Below, in pieces: positions 11,515 through 22,533 of a stretch of DNA of 64,000 nucleotides. Made by a program: the position numbers and the translations under genes. Positions within the stretch are counted from its first letter, which is position 1. The number at the start of each line of letters is the position of its first letter. Under the pieces are notes generated by a model. That model had not been told where the DNA came from, made no database searches, and saw nothing but the letters and a program-made list of their open reading frames with translations. The stretch is taken from assembly GCF_001194135.2 (NCBI RefSeq), contig NC_068993.1, forward strand, positions 35,014,667 to 35,078,666, in the 5' to 3' direction. The DNA comes from Octopus bimaculoides (taxonomy: Eukaryota).

Positions 11515-11515
<1 letters not shown>
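10845..11515 (+). mobile_element. RLE-type (R4/Dong-like) LINE 3' fragment
   Basis: HDNVARYIH, KLLWDFTIQCDRMIEERRPDIVV, IIDISIP, MQKTVLLGTVRILRKVL: restriction-like endonuclease domain with stops/frameshifts; ends in (AAT)n. Confidence 0.85.
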
Positions 11516-11565
<50 letters not shown>

Positions 11566-11566
<1 letters not shown>

Positions 11567-11790
11567 TCAATCCTTTCTACTATAGGTATAAGCCCTAAAA
11601 TTTTGGTGGAATGGGGCTAGTCAACTATATTGATCCCGGTACATTACCGATATTTATTTCATCAAACCTGAAAGGATGAAAAGCAAAATCAACAGTGACA
11701 GAATTTCAACTCAGATCATAAAGAGGTGGAAGAAATGCCATTAGGCATTTTGTCTAATGAACTAATGATTCTGCCATCTCACTGCCTTAA
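11566..11790 (-). mobile_element. SINE family A
   Basis: Reverse-complement match, flanked by (AAT)n on both sides. Confidence 0.8.
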
Positions 11791-11815
11791 TAATAACAAC
11801 AACAACAACAACAAC

Positions 11816-11850
<35 letters not shown>

Positions 11851-11907
11851 TAATAATAATGATAATAATAATGANNNNNNNNNNAATAATAATAATAATA
11901 ATAATAA

Positions 11908-11970
<63 letters not shown>

Positions 11971-12339
11971 TGTTTGCATGTAATAATTTGAGAAATAAAA
12001 ACTTATTAAAGATAGGGGAATAAGTAAAATGTGAATAAATGTGAATAGAGCAAAATGAATGATTATGTAGTAGAGCAGAATAGTTTCAGAAGAAAAGTTT
12101 GAGAAGGAAGGTGAACCATGAAGAAAACTGTTGCATAAAATAAAAATAAAAATTATTTAAAAACCAAGTTTTTGAGGAAATTGTTAATTAAGTATTAAAT
12201 GAAATATGTCAGCAATTGTAAAAAGAAAAAAATAGTAAAATACTAAAAAGAACAACAAAAAAACAAGAAACACTTTGCATGAATTGAAAACAAGAAATTA
12301 AGAATTATTTGTAGATAAATATATTTTTACAAAACCTAC

Positions 12340-12416
12340 CATTTTGCTTTTGCTACAACATCACAAAAATTTCTGTTTAATCTTTTTGTTTTTGCCATAT
12401 CAGCTAGTTTATTTTT
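12340..12416 (-). CDS. Candidate 77-nt internal exon (KNKLADMAKTKRLNRNFCDVVAKAK)
   Basis: Strong acceptor ttcttttgttgtttctcttttgcag, donor ATG|gtaggt, phase-0 frame open; best exon candidate in the window. Confidence 0.55.
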
Positions 12417-13134
12417 CTGCAAAAGAGAAACAACAAAAGAATATTAACAAATAACTTGAAATGCTTCATACTGATAAACATTACAATACAGACACAGTGA
12501 TCAATTAACCCTGTTTTATTCCTTTTATTCTCAACATTGATATTGATGCTAATAAATAAATTTGATTAAGGATATCGATAAATAAATAGAATGTAAAAAT
12601 TATTAGTTCTGCAGTGAAATAATTTGGGGGTTAAAAAAAAAAAATGAGTGAGGGCTTGAAAGAAAGAGAGAGAGAGCATAAAATAAGCTACTAATGGATT
12701 AAAGTTTAATATCTATTTTTATCAGATCTTTGATGATATAAGTGAAGTGCTGTGTGTTCTAAATACAATAGTGTAAATTTAACAAGAAATCAATGGCTGA
12801 AGGGTTAGACACAGAATATGAGTTAACATATGCATTCTCATATGTTATGCATGTGTACATGTATACTTGTTATTCTTAAACAAGAAGGTAGTTGGCAGTG
12901 GCTTTGAAGTTTTGGCCAGCTAAGTTATTGTCAGTCAAGCTGGCTGAAACTCTGAAGACAGTCCAACAATGGCTTAACTGGCTGAAAATTCGAAGTTACT
13001 GTCAACAACATTCTTGTTTAAGAATAATAAACTTGTATTCTACAACGGTATAGAGTTAGCCATCAGATTAATGTAAAATTGTTTTCCTTATAACTGAACA
13101 TAAAAACAAACATTAATATACATACATACATTTA

Positions 13135-13340
13135 TTGGTTTCAAATTTTGGCACAAGACCAGCAATGTCAGAGGAGGGTGTTAAATCAATTATATCAGCC
13201 TGTGTTCAACTGGTACTCATTTTATCACACCCTAAATGGTAAAAAACAAAGTTGACCGTGGCAGAATTTGAACTCAGAATGTAAAGACAAACAAAATGCC
13301 TCTAAGCATTTTGCTCGGCAGGTAAATGATTCTGCCTTCC
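13135..13340 (-). mobile_element. SINE family A
   Basis: GGTTTCAAATTTTGGCACAAG tail; AAGTTGACCGTGGCAGAATTTGAACTCAGAA head region. Confidence 0.8.
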
Positions 13341-13341
13341 A

Positions 13342-13583
13342 TAGATTCTGAACTCCACAGACATGTATAACCTTATGTAGTTCTCAGAGAGATTCAGCAT
13401 GACACAGAGTGTGACAAGGGCGACCCTTTGAAATACAGGTGCTACTCATTTTTGCTAGCTGAATGGACTGGAGCAATGTGAAATAAAGTGTCTTGCTCAA
13501 AGACACAACACGTCGCCAGGAATTGAACTCACAAATTTGTGATCATGGGCCAAATAACTTAACTACTAAGCTACACACCTTCA
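13342..13583 (-). mobile_element. SINE family D (tRNA head, CORE-like TTGAGCAAGACACTTT)
   Basis: Reverse complement GTGAAGGTGTGTAGCTTAGTAGTTAAG...GAGTTCAATTCC...GTGTCTTTGAGCAAGACACTTTATTTCAC. Confidence 0.75.
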
Positions 13584-13739
13584 CTATATATATATGTTAA
13601 TATTTCACTTGGGCATTGATAGTGGTACTAATAACCTGGTGTTAGAAGTTCATTACATAATTTTTGTTCCTTGTCAGACAAACCATGTAGGGTTCCCTAT
13701 AACTTGAATTTTAGCATGGGTTTTAGGAGGATGATGTTG

Positions 13740-14180
13740 AAATTTTGTGGTCAACTACATGGTCTCAGGTTCAGTCCTGCTGGGTGGCACCTGAGATAAG
13801 TATCTTGTACTGTAGCCTTGGGCCAACCAAAGTCTTGTAAATGGATTTGGTAGATGGAGATGAAAAGAAGCACATCCTGTATATGCATATGTGTATGTAT
13901 CTTTGTATACATATGCATGTGAGCATGTGTGTGTATGTGTTTGTATATCTTGGACAGTTCACAATAGTTGTAAAAATGTGCATCATCATCATGCAAGTAG
14001 TGTCATTCAGTTCCAACCTTCCATGAAAATATGTCTGGCCATGGGGAAGTAATGCCTTTTTTCAGAAACAAGTGCAGGTTGACAACAGGAAATACATCTG
14101 ACTAAAAAATTAACCTCAACAAATTCTGTCTACCCCTCATATTAATATGATAATGATGGTGATGGTGCTGGTGGCAGTGA
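13740..14180 (+). mobile_element. SINE B-like head with RTE-like tail
   Basis: GGTTCAGTCC B-box and GGATTTGGTAGATGGA; tail GGTTGACAACAGGAA... ending in (GAT)n. Confidence 0.65.
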
Positions 14181-14621
14181 CAGCAGTGATGATGACAATG
14201 ACAATGGCAATGATGATGATGATGATGATGATATGCTACATACTAATTGTGCAGGGATAGCAAAATATGTTGAATCCCTTTCCAGTGATTTTAGTTCATT
14301 TCTCATTGATTACATCCAAAAGAAGATGCCTCTCCTTTATTCACCTTCAGTGAATATAGTGCGAACTAGTGGGGAGCTGATGCAACCTAGCAGTGTCCAC
14401 TGATACAATAAGTGTTTTGGCCCTGAACTGTAATACACCGCTATTAGTGTGTTAGTAGTAGTGGCCCAAGTCACTACGCATTTCCTCTTCCTGGTTTCCT
14501 GTTTGGCTCTTCCCTCTTTGCTTCACAGACAGCCAGAGGCCCATTTTCTTGCCTGCATCTTCCATATTGCAAACAGCTACCTTTTCTTTCTTCCTTCCTG
14601 TAAACCCAATGGCTCTATGTG

Positions 14622-14783
14622 CATTTTCCATACCCGCTGGTCAGTCAAAACTGAAAATTAGAGATCTGGATCGTTGTTAAATAAAAATCCTAATCATCAA
14701 AACTTTGATGATTAGGATTTTTATTTAACAACGATCCAGATCTCTAATTTTCAGTTTTGACTGACCAGCGGGTATGGAAAATG
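14622..14783. repeat. Perfect inverted repeat, 80-bp arms with a 2-nt loop
   Basis: 14622-14701 is the exact reverse complement of 14704-14783. Confidence 0.95.
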
Positions 14784-14809
14784 AATTATATGAATTGTAA
14801 AACTTTGAT

Positions 14810-15420
14810 GATTTACATCTACTACCATTACTACCATTGTCCTCATCATCATTGTCATCATCATCCTTGTCATCAACATCAATGTCAACATCACCAGCAC
14901 CAGCACCGCCACCACCACCATCTGCACTAACAACAATAAAGCAACAAAGACATTTCCATGTGGCTACTCAATCTGCCAGAAGTAGTTGCCAAATTTTGAT
15001 CATCATATTTTACATCTTAAAAAGAGAGATGGACAGACTGAATTATAAAGGCCTAGATACACAATGCCTAGTAAAAAATGGTAAAAAGACTGGATTATCC
15101 CAGCCATAATGCCGTTGATCTAGTTGTATTTGATGTGAACTGATCTGGTGCTAAATAGTAAACAAAAAAGAATGGCATCACCAACATTAAAAACCATCAG
15201 TACTACCACTACTATAACCGGTACCATGACTACATTGCCATAGTCATCACCACTCTCACTATTATTATCATCACTGCCACTACTATTACCATCACCATCA
15301 CAACCATCTCTACCACTATTATCACAACCATTGCCATCACTACCATCACCAAAACTACAATCACTAATACAATCATAAATGCTAATACCACCACCATAGC
15401 CATCACAATCATTACTCTAC
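14810..15420. repeat. Degenerate (CAT/CAC/TAC)n low-complexity tracts
   Basis: Triplet-periodic ACC/ATC runs on either side of a short unique stretch. Confidence 0.8.
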
Positions 15421-16505
15421 CACCACCAATACCAGTACTCTACCACCACCAACACCAGTACTCTACCACCACCAACACCAGTACTCTACCACCACCAATA
15501 CCAGTACTCTACCACCACCAATACCAGTACTCTAGCACCACCAACACCAGTACTCTACCACCACCAATACCAGTACTCTACCACCACCAATACCAGTACT
15601 CTACCACCACCAATACCAGTACTCTACCANNNNNNNNNNNNNNNNNNNNNNNNNNNNNNNNNNNNNNNNNNNNNNNNNNNNNNNNNNNNNNNNNNNNNNN
15701 NNNNNNNNNNNNNNNNNNNNNNNNNNNNNNNNNNNNNNNNNNNNNNNNNNNNNNNNNNNNNNNNNNNNNNNNNNNNNNNNNNNNNNNNNNNNNNNNNNNN
15801 NNNNNNNNNNNNNNNNNNNNNNNNNNNNNNNNNNNNNNNNNNNNNNNNNNNNNNNNNNNNNNNNNNNNNNNNNNNNNNNNNNNNNNNNNNNNNNNNNNNN
15901 NNNNNNNNNNNNNNNNNNNNNNNNNNNNNNNNNNNNNNNNNNNNNNNNNNNNNNNNNNNNNNNNNNNNNNNNNNNNNNNNNNNNNNNNNNNNNNNNNNNN
16001 NNNNNNNNNNNNNNNNNNNNNNNNNNNNNNNNNNNNNNNNNNNNNNNNNNNNNNNNNNNNNNNNNNNNNNNNNNNNNNNNNNNNNNNNNNNNNNNNNNNN
16101 NNNNNNNNNNNNNNNNNNNNNNNNNNNNNNNNNNNNNNNNNNNNNNNNNNNNNNNNNNNNNNNNNNNNNNNNNNNNNNNNNNNNNNNNNNNNNNNNNNNN
16201 NNNNNNNNNNNNNNNNNNNNNNNNNNNNNNNNNNNNNNNNNNNNNNNNNNNNNNNNNNNNNNNNNNNNNNNNNNNNNNNNNNNNNNNNNNNNNNNNNNNN
16301 NNNNNNNNNNNNNNNNNNNNNNNNNNNNNNNNNNNNNNNNNNNNNNNNNNNNNNNNNNNNNNNNNNNNNNNNNNNNGTACTCTACCACCACCAATACCAG
16401 TACTCTACCACCACCAATACCAGTACTCTACCACCACCAATACCAGTACTCTACCACCACCAATACCAGTACTCTACCACCACCAATACCAGTACTCTAC
16501 CAACA
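15421..16505. repeat. 23-bp minisatellite (TACCACCACCAATACCAGTACTC)n spanning N-gap 15630-16376
   Basis: About 9 units left of the gap and 5 right; ACCAGTACTC recurs at 15431 and 15454. Confidence 0.9.
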
Positions 16506-17619
16506 CCAACACCACTATCATCACAAGAAGAAGAATCAAAAGAGGCAGAATATGTAAGGGAGGAGCTATCATCATCATCATCATCATTATTGTCATTACC
16601 ATCATCAGTGCCATCATCATCATCATCATAGTTGTTGTCATCATCATCGTCATCATTGTAGTCAAGGTATTAATGATGTTTAGCTTAGTAACCCATCACA
16701 GTGTGAGAACACAAATACTCTGTATTCATGAACTGATTCAAAATGAAATACATTTGAATGGTTTCTTGTTGCTTCTTCAGTTACACAGAATAATTTAAAT
16801 TCAGCTCTGCAAACTAATGAATCACTTATTAATTATCAGAGCATCAGTACACTTTGTCTCAATGTATCTTATATAAGAACACTGTATAGCAACTGAGATG
16901 GAATGCAAACCATCAGCTCATGGTCAAGTGTTAGCTTTGAAAAGCTATCAAATCAGCCTACTACAGGCTGCAAATTTTGATATTATGGATTCAATATATT
17001 GATAGAGCTTCTTAATTGCAATCAAGCAGACAATTTGTAGTAGTATTTGGATAACATTCAAGAGAGGCAGTAAAATTATTGTAACATTTATGCACAGCCA
17101 TACCTTAAAACTCGGTAACTGCTATCTGCAATACTTATAACATGAATATGTAAAATACATATTGACAACAGCATCTAGGTGTAATAAATAAATCTCAGTA
17201 ATTATTGGAAAACCTGTTTCAACTTTATTAGCACTAATTAGAAAGATTAATACAAGCCTCACTCATTGGTAGGGGCCTAATGTTTCAAGTAATGATTGTC
17301 AGATGTTTTAATTAACAACAGCTTGTTAGGAGTCTTAATTAGATTCATTTAAACAACATGAAGATAAGTAATAATTACTTTGGCAGCATTTACAATGTTC
17401 TTAAACTGTATTCAGCTGAGAATACAGAGACAGAAAGGTGTTTAGATTTGATATTCTATAAAAGTAAGCAAGTACACCGGATACATGTAAACCACATTGT
17501 GCAACTGCTATTTACTGTTCATTTGATTAAATAGAAATATAATTAGCTATTAATAGGTAAAGGCAAATCTAAATATCTGATCGTTCATCCTTTTGTTCTA
17601 CTATTGTTTTATCCATCGT

Positions 17620-18000
17620 CAGCATCATCATCATCGTCATCATTTAACATCTGCTTTCCATGTTGATACAGGTTGGATGGTTTGACTGAGAACTGACAAG
17701 TTGGGAAACTGCACCAGGCTCCAATCTGATTTGGCAAGATTTCTACAGTTGGATGCCCTTCCTAACACCAACCACTTGGAGAGTGTAGTGGGTGCTTTTT
17801 ACATGCCACCGGTACAGGAGCCAATCAGGCAGCACTAGCATCAACCATGCTCAAATGGTGCTTTTTATGTGCCATTGGCACAGGAGCCACTCAGGTAGCA
17901 CAGGTATTGACCACACTCAAATAGTGCTTTTTATGTGCCACTGGCACAGGTGCCAGTCGGGTAGCACTGGCATTGGCCTCACTCGAATGGTACTTTTTTT
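17620..18000 (-). mobile_element. RTE-type 3' tail with three 66-bp subrepeats
   Basis: (CAT)n, GGATGCCCTTCCTAACACC, then GTGCTTTTTA.. recurring at 17791, 17857, 17923 and 17989. Confidence 0.75.
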
Positions 18001-19027
18001 CATATATTGCTGAGTATCTACAATCTTGAGTAGTGTAGTAGCAGAGATGGCCTTCAGCAGGACTATATTGTATAAAGCACATAAATCCATTCTCTGTCTT
18101 CAAAATCCACCAGGGTTACCTTTGAACTTCTTCTCCTGGCTGTTCCTGTCAGTAATATACTTCAGATATTTCAGTCATCTGTATATCTCTACAACAAAAT
18201 TATTCTTGGAAAAAGAAATCAATGTATACCTTTGTGTATGTGAAAGTACAAAATGGAATGATACTGTGTGGGTCATGAAATAGGTTAAGTTTATCATTAA
18301 TAAAATACAAATGCTGGTCCTATACTGTTGTTGTTTAGCTCCAGGTCAGGCAGAATGACTGAGTAGAATTCAAAGCATAACAGTCTTATTCTTTTCCTTT
18401 TTCTTTTTTATTATATGAATTGTAAACTGTCAAGACACATCCTTCTAAAATTCCATGCTTCCCAAAATTCAGCAACATTACTCCTAAAGTGCTTATGCCC
18501 CTTTTTCCTCTTTATGACTATGCTAAAGTTCACTTTCCTGTGTATGTCCGTCGAGCTTTCTTTACTTAATTCATGGTTGTTCACTATCTCCTCTTTACAC
18601 CTCTTCTGACAAATTGTATACCTCAGCGCTGTATACAATAAGCTCCTTATTATACTATATCCTTGTTTATGATTTTAGAGTGTAGCTTCATAGTCAGAGA
18701 AAGATTTGGTGGCTTTTTTCTAGCAAACTAAGCAACCCCACAAAAGCTGTTTCACTGATTTGTGAAAGGTATATGGTTAAATAGTTGTTGATTGTGTTTA
18801 CAAATTGTACTAAAAATGTGAAATATGTGGAAACAGTATAAACTGTATTAACTGTTGCTCACTCTGAAAATTTAGCCTTGCCTTGGATATATGTTCACAG
18901 GACAGCAAAGTGAGATATACTTACAAATCTGAACATGTACACATGCATATATATGGGCAATATTATATCTTCATTTTCTTTTCATTCTTTATCTCATTTC
19001 CAAATACACATACACACACATACATAC

Positions 19028-19060
<33 letters not shown>

Positions 19061-19242
19061 TTGATAGAAAAGGTAAGGCAACAAAAGAAAGAAAGAGACC
19101 TGGATATTATGTAAATAGAGGAATTTATCTGTAAATAATATGTGACCAGATAACTGAAGAGATGGTGGCGTGGCTTTCTGCCCTGGCATCTGAAACTCGG
19201 AGTTTTATCATGGCTACCGAATAATTGTCACATATTATTTAC

Positions 19243-19285
<43 letters not shown>

Positions 19286-19289
19286 CATA

Positions 19290-19480
19290 TATTTTTATAT
19301 TCTTTTACTCTTTTATTTGTTTCAGTCATTTTGACTGCAGCCATGTTGGAGCACCACCTTTAGTCCAGCAATTCGACACCAGGACTTATTCTTTGTAAGC
19401 CTAGTACTTATTTTATTGGACTTTTTTGCTGAACTGCTAAGTTACGGGAATGTAAACACACCAACATCAGTTGTCAAATG
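19290..19480 (-). mobile_element. SINE family B 3' half
   Basis: TTGTTTCAGTCATTTTGACTGCAGCCATGTTGGAGCACC matches 250-290. Confidence 0.8.
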
Positions 19481-20358
19481 CCCTCCACAGGACCATCATG
19501 GTTTCCTGATCTCTTATTTTAAAAAGGTCTGCCACCTGCATTTCATTGCTGACTTAGCAGCATGCACATAGAAGGATGCATCATTACTCATGTAAATGCC
19601 CAGGTTTCACACTGACTGTGACTCTGGGATTGCACTCCCTGCAGTCCAGTGTATTTAATTGGTATTGCATTTAATTTTGTATGCTGATAGCATAAAGCTT
19701 GAAACTCTTCAGCATTAAACTGCATGTTATTCTTCTTAGCTCACTTGCATATTTCATGTAACTCACATTGCAGGTGCATAGCATCTTCAGGTTCTATATC
19801 ACCTATGAGACTTTTGCATCATCTGTATAACTTGTGATCATGGCTCTCTGTGTGGCTGAGGGCATATCTGAGAGGGCCATTATAAACGGAAGTGGTCCCA
19901 AAATAGTGCCTTGTAGAACACTGCTCACTATGTGTGTGTCATTGGAGGAGGCCCCATTGGCTGCTACTGCTTGACTTCTATCATTCAGAAAGTCATGCAG
20001 CCATTCTCCCAATCTCCTCACTATGCCGAGATCATGCAGTCTATGACATATCATTATATGATCAACTTTGTTGAAAGCCTTTGCAAAGTCAAGATATATC
20101 ACATCCACATTTGAGTGGTTGAGCAGCTGTTTCAACACCCAGTCATAGTGTTGTAAGAGCTGAGTCAGGCAGCTTCTTCCTGGTTGAAAAGCATGTTGGA
20201 TGTCAACAAACAAGTCATTTTCCTCAAGGAAGGTGATTAGTTTTCTTCTGATTATTCATTCTATGACTTTGCTGATGTGCAAGGTCAGACAGATAGGTCT
20301 GTAGTTTTTGACCTCTACTCTGCTACCTCCTTTATGAATGGGGCATATTTTACATTCC
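19481..20358 (-). mobile_element. CR1/L2-group LINE reverse-transcriptase fragment
   Basis: KNYRPICLT, QHAFQPGRSCLTQLL, VIYLDFAKAFNKVDH, VLQGTILGPL, YTDDAK; stops and frameshifts. Confidence 0.9.
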
Positions 20359-21319
20359 TTTATATATATATATATATAGATAGATAGATATGCAGGGCAG
20401 GGAATAGTCAATTAGTAATAAAATTAATAATTAACGATTTTGGAATCAGTAGTTCTTTGGCTGCTATTTCTGAATTCTCAGTATGTTGGAGAAGCAGGTT
20501 ACTGTCAATCCCTATATATTTATGATTATATATATATATATATACATTTTATCCTTAATACTATTATCATTATTATATATATATATATATANNNNNNNNN
20601 NNNNNNNNNNNNNNNNNNNNNNNNNNNNNNNNNNNNNNNNNNNNNNNNNNNNNNNNNNNNNNNNNNNNNNNNNNNNNNNNNNNNNNNNNNNNNNNNNNNN
20701 NNNNNNNNNNCTATTTTAATGTTTTCCTTTCAAGTTTTAATTCGCTATTTGCAAACAACTATGATAAATTACTGAAAGAAATATTTACTAAGTTCACAAA
20801 TTTCGCTTGAATCCACACACTTCATTAATTTCAATAAAAATCTTTATTTACTTTTTGCATGCTGTATTCAGCTCTATGTATATGTTGTCAGTCACACACA
20901 CACACACATGTGTGTTTTTGTATGTACATTTGTACACATTTATGTATGTGTGTGTGTTTGTGTGTGTCTGTGTGTGTGTGTGAGAGAGAGAAAGAGTGAC
21001 ATCTAAGTGGCACTTACTCTCTCTCTCTCTCTCACATGCACGCATACATACAAAAAGATGCAGTCATATTTATGTATGTACGTATACATGACAACACACC
21101 CACTTCACTCTCTCTCTCTCACACACACACAAACACACACACACACGTGCATCTATTTCATCTGATGTTTGATGTTGTATGTGCATGTGTCTCTGTGTGT
21201 ATGCGTGCATGCAGCATTCCACAATCGCCATTTATTTCAATCACTCTTGTGAGGATAATCACATAACTAATTTTTTCATTTAATCTCCATTTCAAGGTTT
21301 TTAAGAAAATGATGTGCTT

Positions 21320-22310
21320 TGGGACCTTACATTGACTGAAGCATCAGTATCAGATTCTCCAAGGAAACTGTAATCTTTTTGCAATTATACTGAACATTTT
21401 CAGCTTGGTAGTCCTCCATAGCTTTGGATGAAACATTGTGAGGATATGGCTGAGGACTTAAATTATGCTGTTCAACAGGCAAACCCAGATATCAATATTC
21501 AGTTTTCTGAAACAATTTTTAACCAAGCACTGATTGAAATTGTGGATTGAGTTTGGGCCATTGGAGGCAAAAATTTTGCTCTAGATTGCCAAAAATACAC
21601 TGTCAAATTAGTGATTTAACTTCAAGAGACATAGCAAGATAGACAAATTATGACATCATAGAGTTGGCTGCATTTGTGAATGAATATGAACCTAAACTTC
21701 TTCCAGAACAACGTTGTGCATATGATAAAATTATTTCACCAGTCAGAGAAAAAAGCAGAGGAATTTTTTTCCTTGATGATCCTGGTGACACTGGTGAAAC
21801 ATTTGTAACAACTTTATTTCTCTCTAAGGTAAGGCAACAAAAAAGAATTGCACTTACTGTAGCATTGTCTGGTATTGCTGTCACTATTGTCCCAGGAGGA
21901 CGAAGAGCTCATTCTGGTTTTAAATTACTGCTAAACCTGATCACAAATAACAGTCCAAATTGTAGCATTAGCAAAGGTTCAGGTTCAGCAGAAGTATTGC
22001 ACTAATGCCACCTGAGCATTTGGGATGAATACACCATGCCACACAAAGGTGCAATGGAAGCTTTTGATAAGACCTTACAAGACATAAGAGGTAACAATAA
22101 TCTGTGGGAGGAGTTACATTAGTTTTATCAGGAGACTTCAAGCAGACATTACCAGTCTTTCCAAGACAAACAAGATCTGGTGAAATAAAAACATACATTA
22201 AATCTACACACCTATGGAATAAAGTACAGAAATTCTCCTTCAATACAAATGTGCGAGCTTTATTACATGGGGACATTGGAGGAGCCAGGTTGAAAAACGT
22301 TCTGCACATT
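21320..22310 (+). mobile_element. Helitron PIF1-like helicase fragment
   Basis: FFLDDPGDTGETF (degenerate Walker A), ALSGIAVTIVPGGRRAHSGFKL, IWDEYTM, VLSGDFKQTLPV; disrupted frames. Confidence 0.9.
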
Positions 22311-22329
22311 GGTCCCCAGCATCAAGCAA

Positions 22330-22533
22330 AATTGGGGGGGGGGACAAACACAGACACACAAACATATAAACACACACGCACACACAGACACATATATATA
22401 CAATGGGCTTCTTTCAGTTTTCCTCTACCAAATCCACTAACAAAGCTTTGGTCGGCCCAAGGCTAAAGTAGAAGACACTTGCCCAAGGTGCCATGCAGTG
22501 GGACTGAACCCAGGACCATAAGATTGGTAAACA
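22330..22533 (-). mobile_element. SINE family B (truncated by gap)
   Basis: AGAAGACACTTGCCCAAGGTGCCATGCAGTGGGACTGAACC. Confidence 0.85.

Noticed and set aside
15421-16505. CRISPR-like appearance of the 23-bp repeat
   Set aside because: Units are head-to-tail with no spacers, there are no cas genes, and the context is eukaryotic.
18026-18283. 85-aa plus ORF and a minus-strand exon-like segment near 18120-18180
   Set aside because: No homology recognised; minus-strand frames contain stops right after the acceptor.
19147-19221. Plus-strand peptide ITEEMVAWLSALAS resembling a PH-domain helix
   Set aside because: Too short, weak acceptor, and no supporting plus-strand exons.
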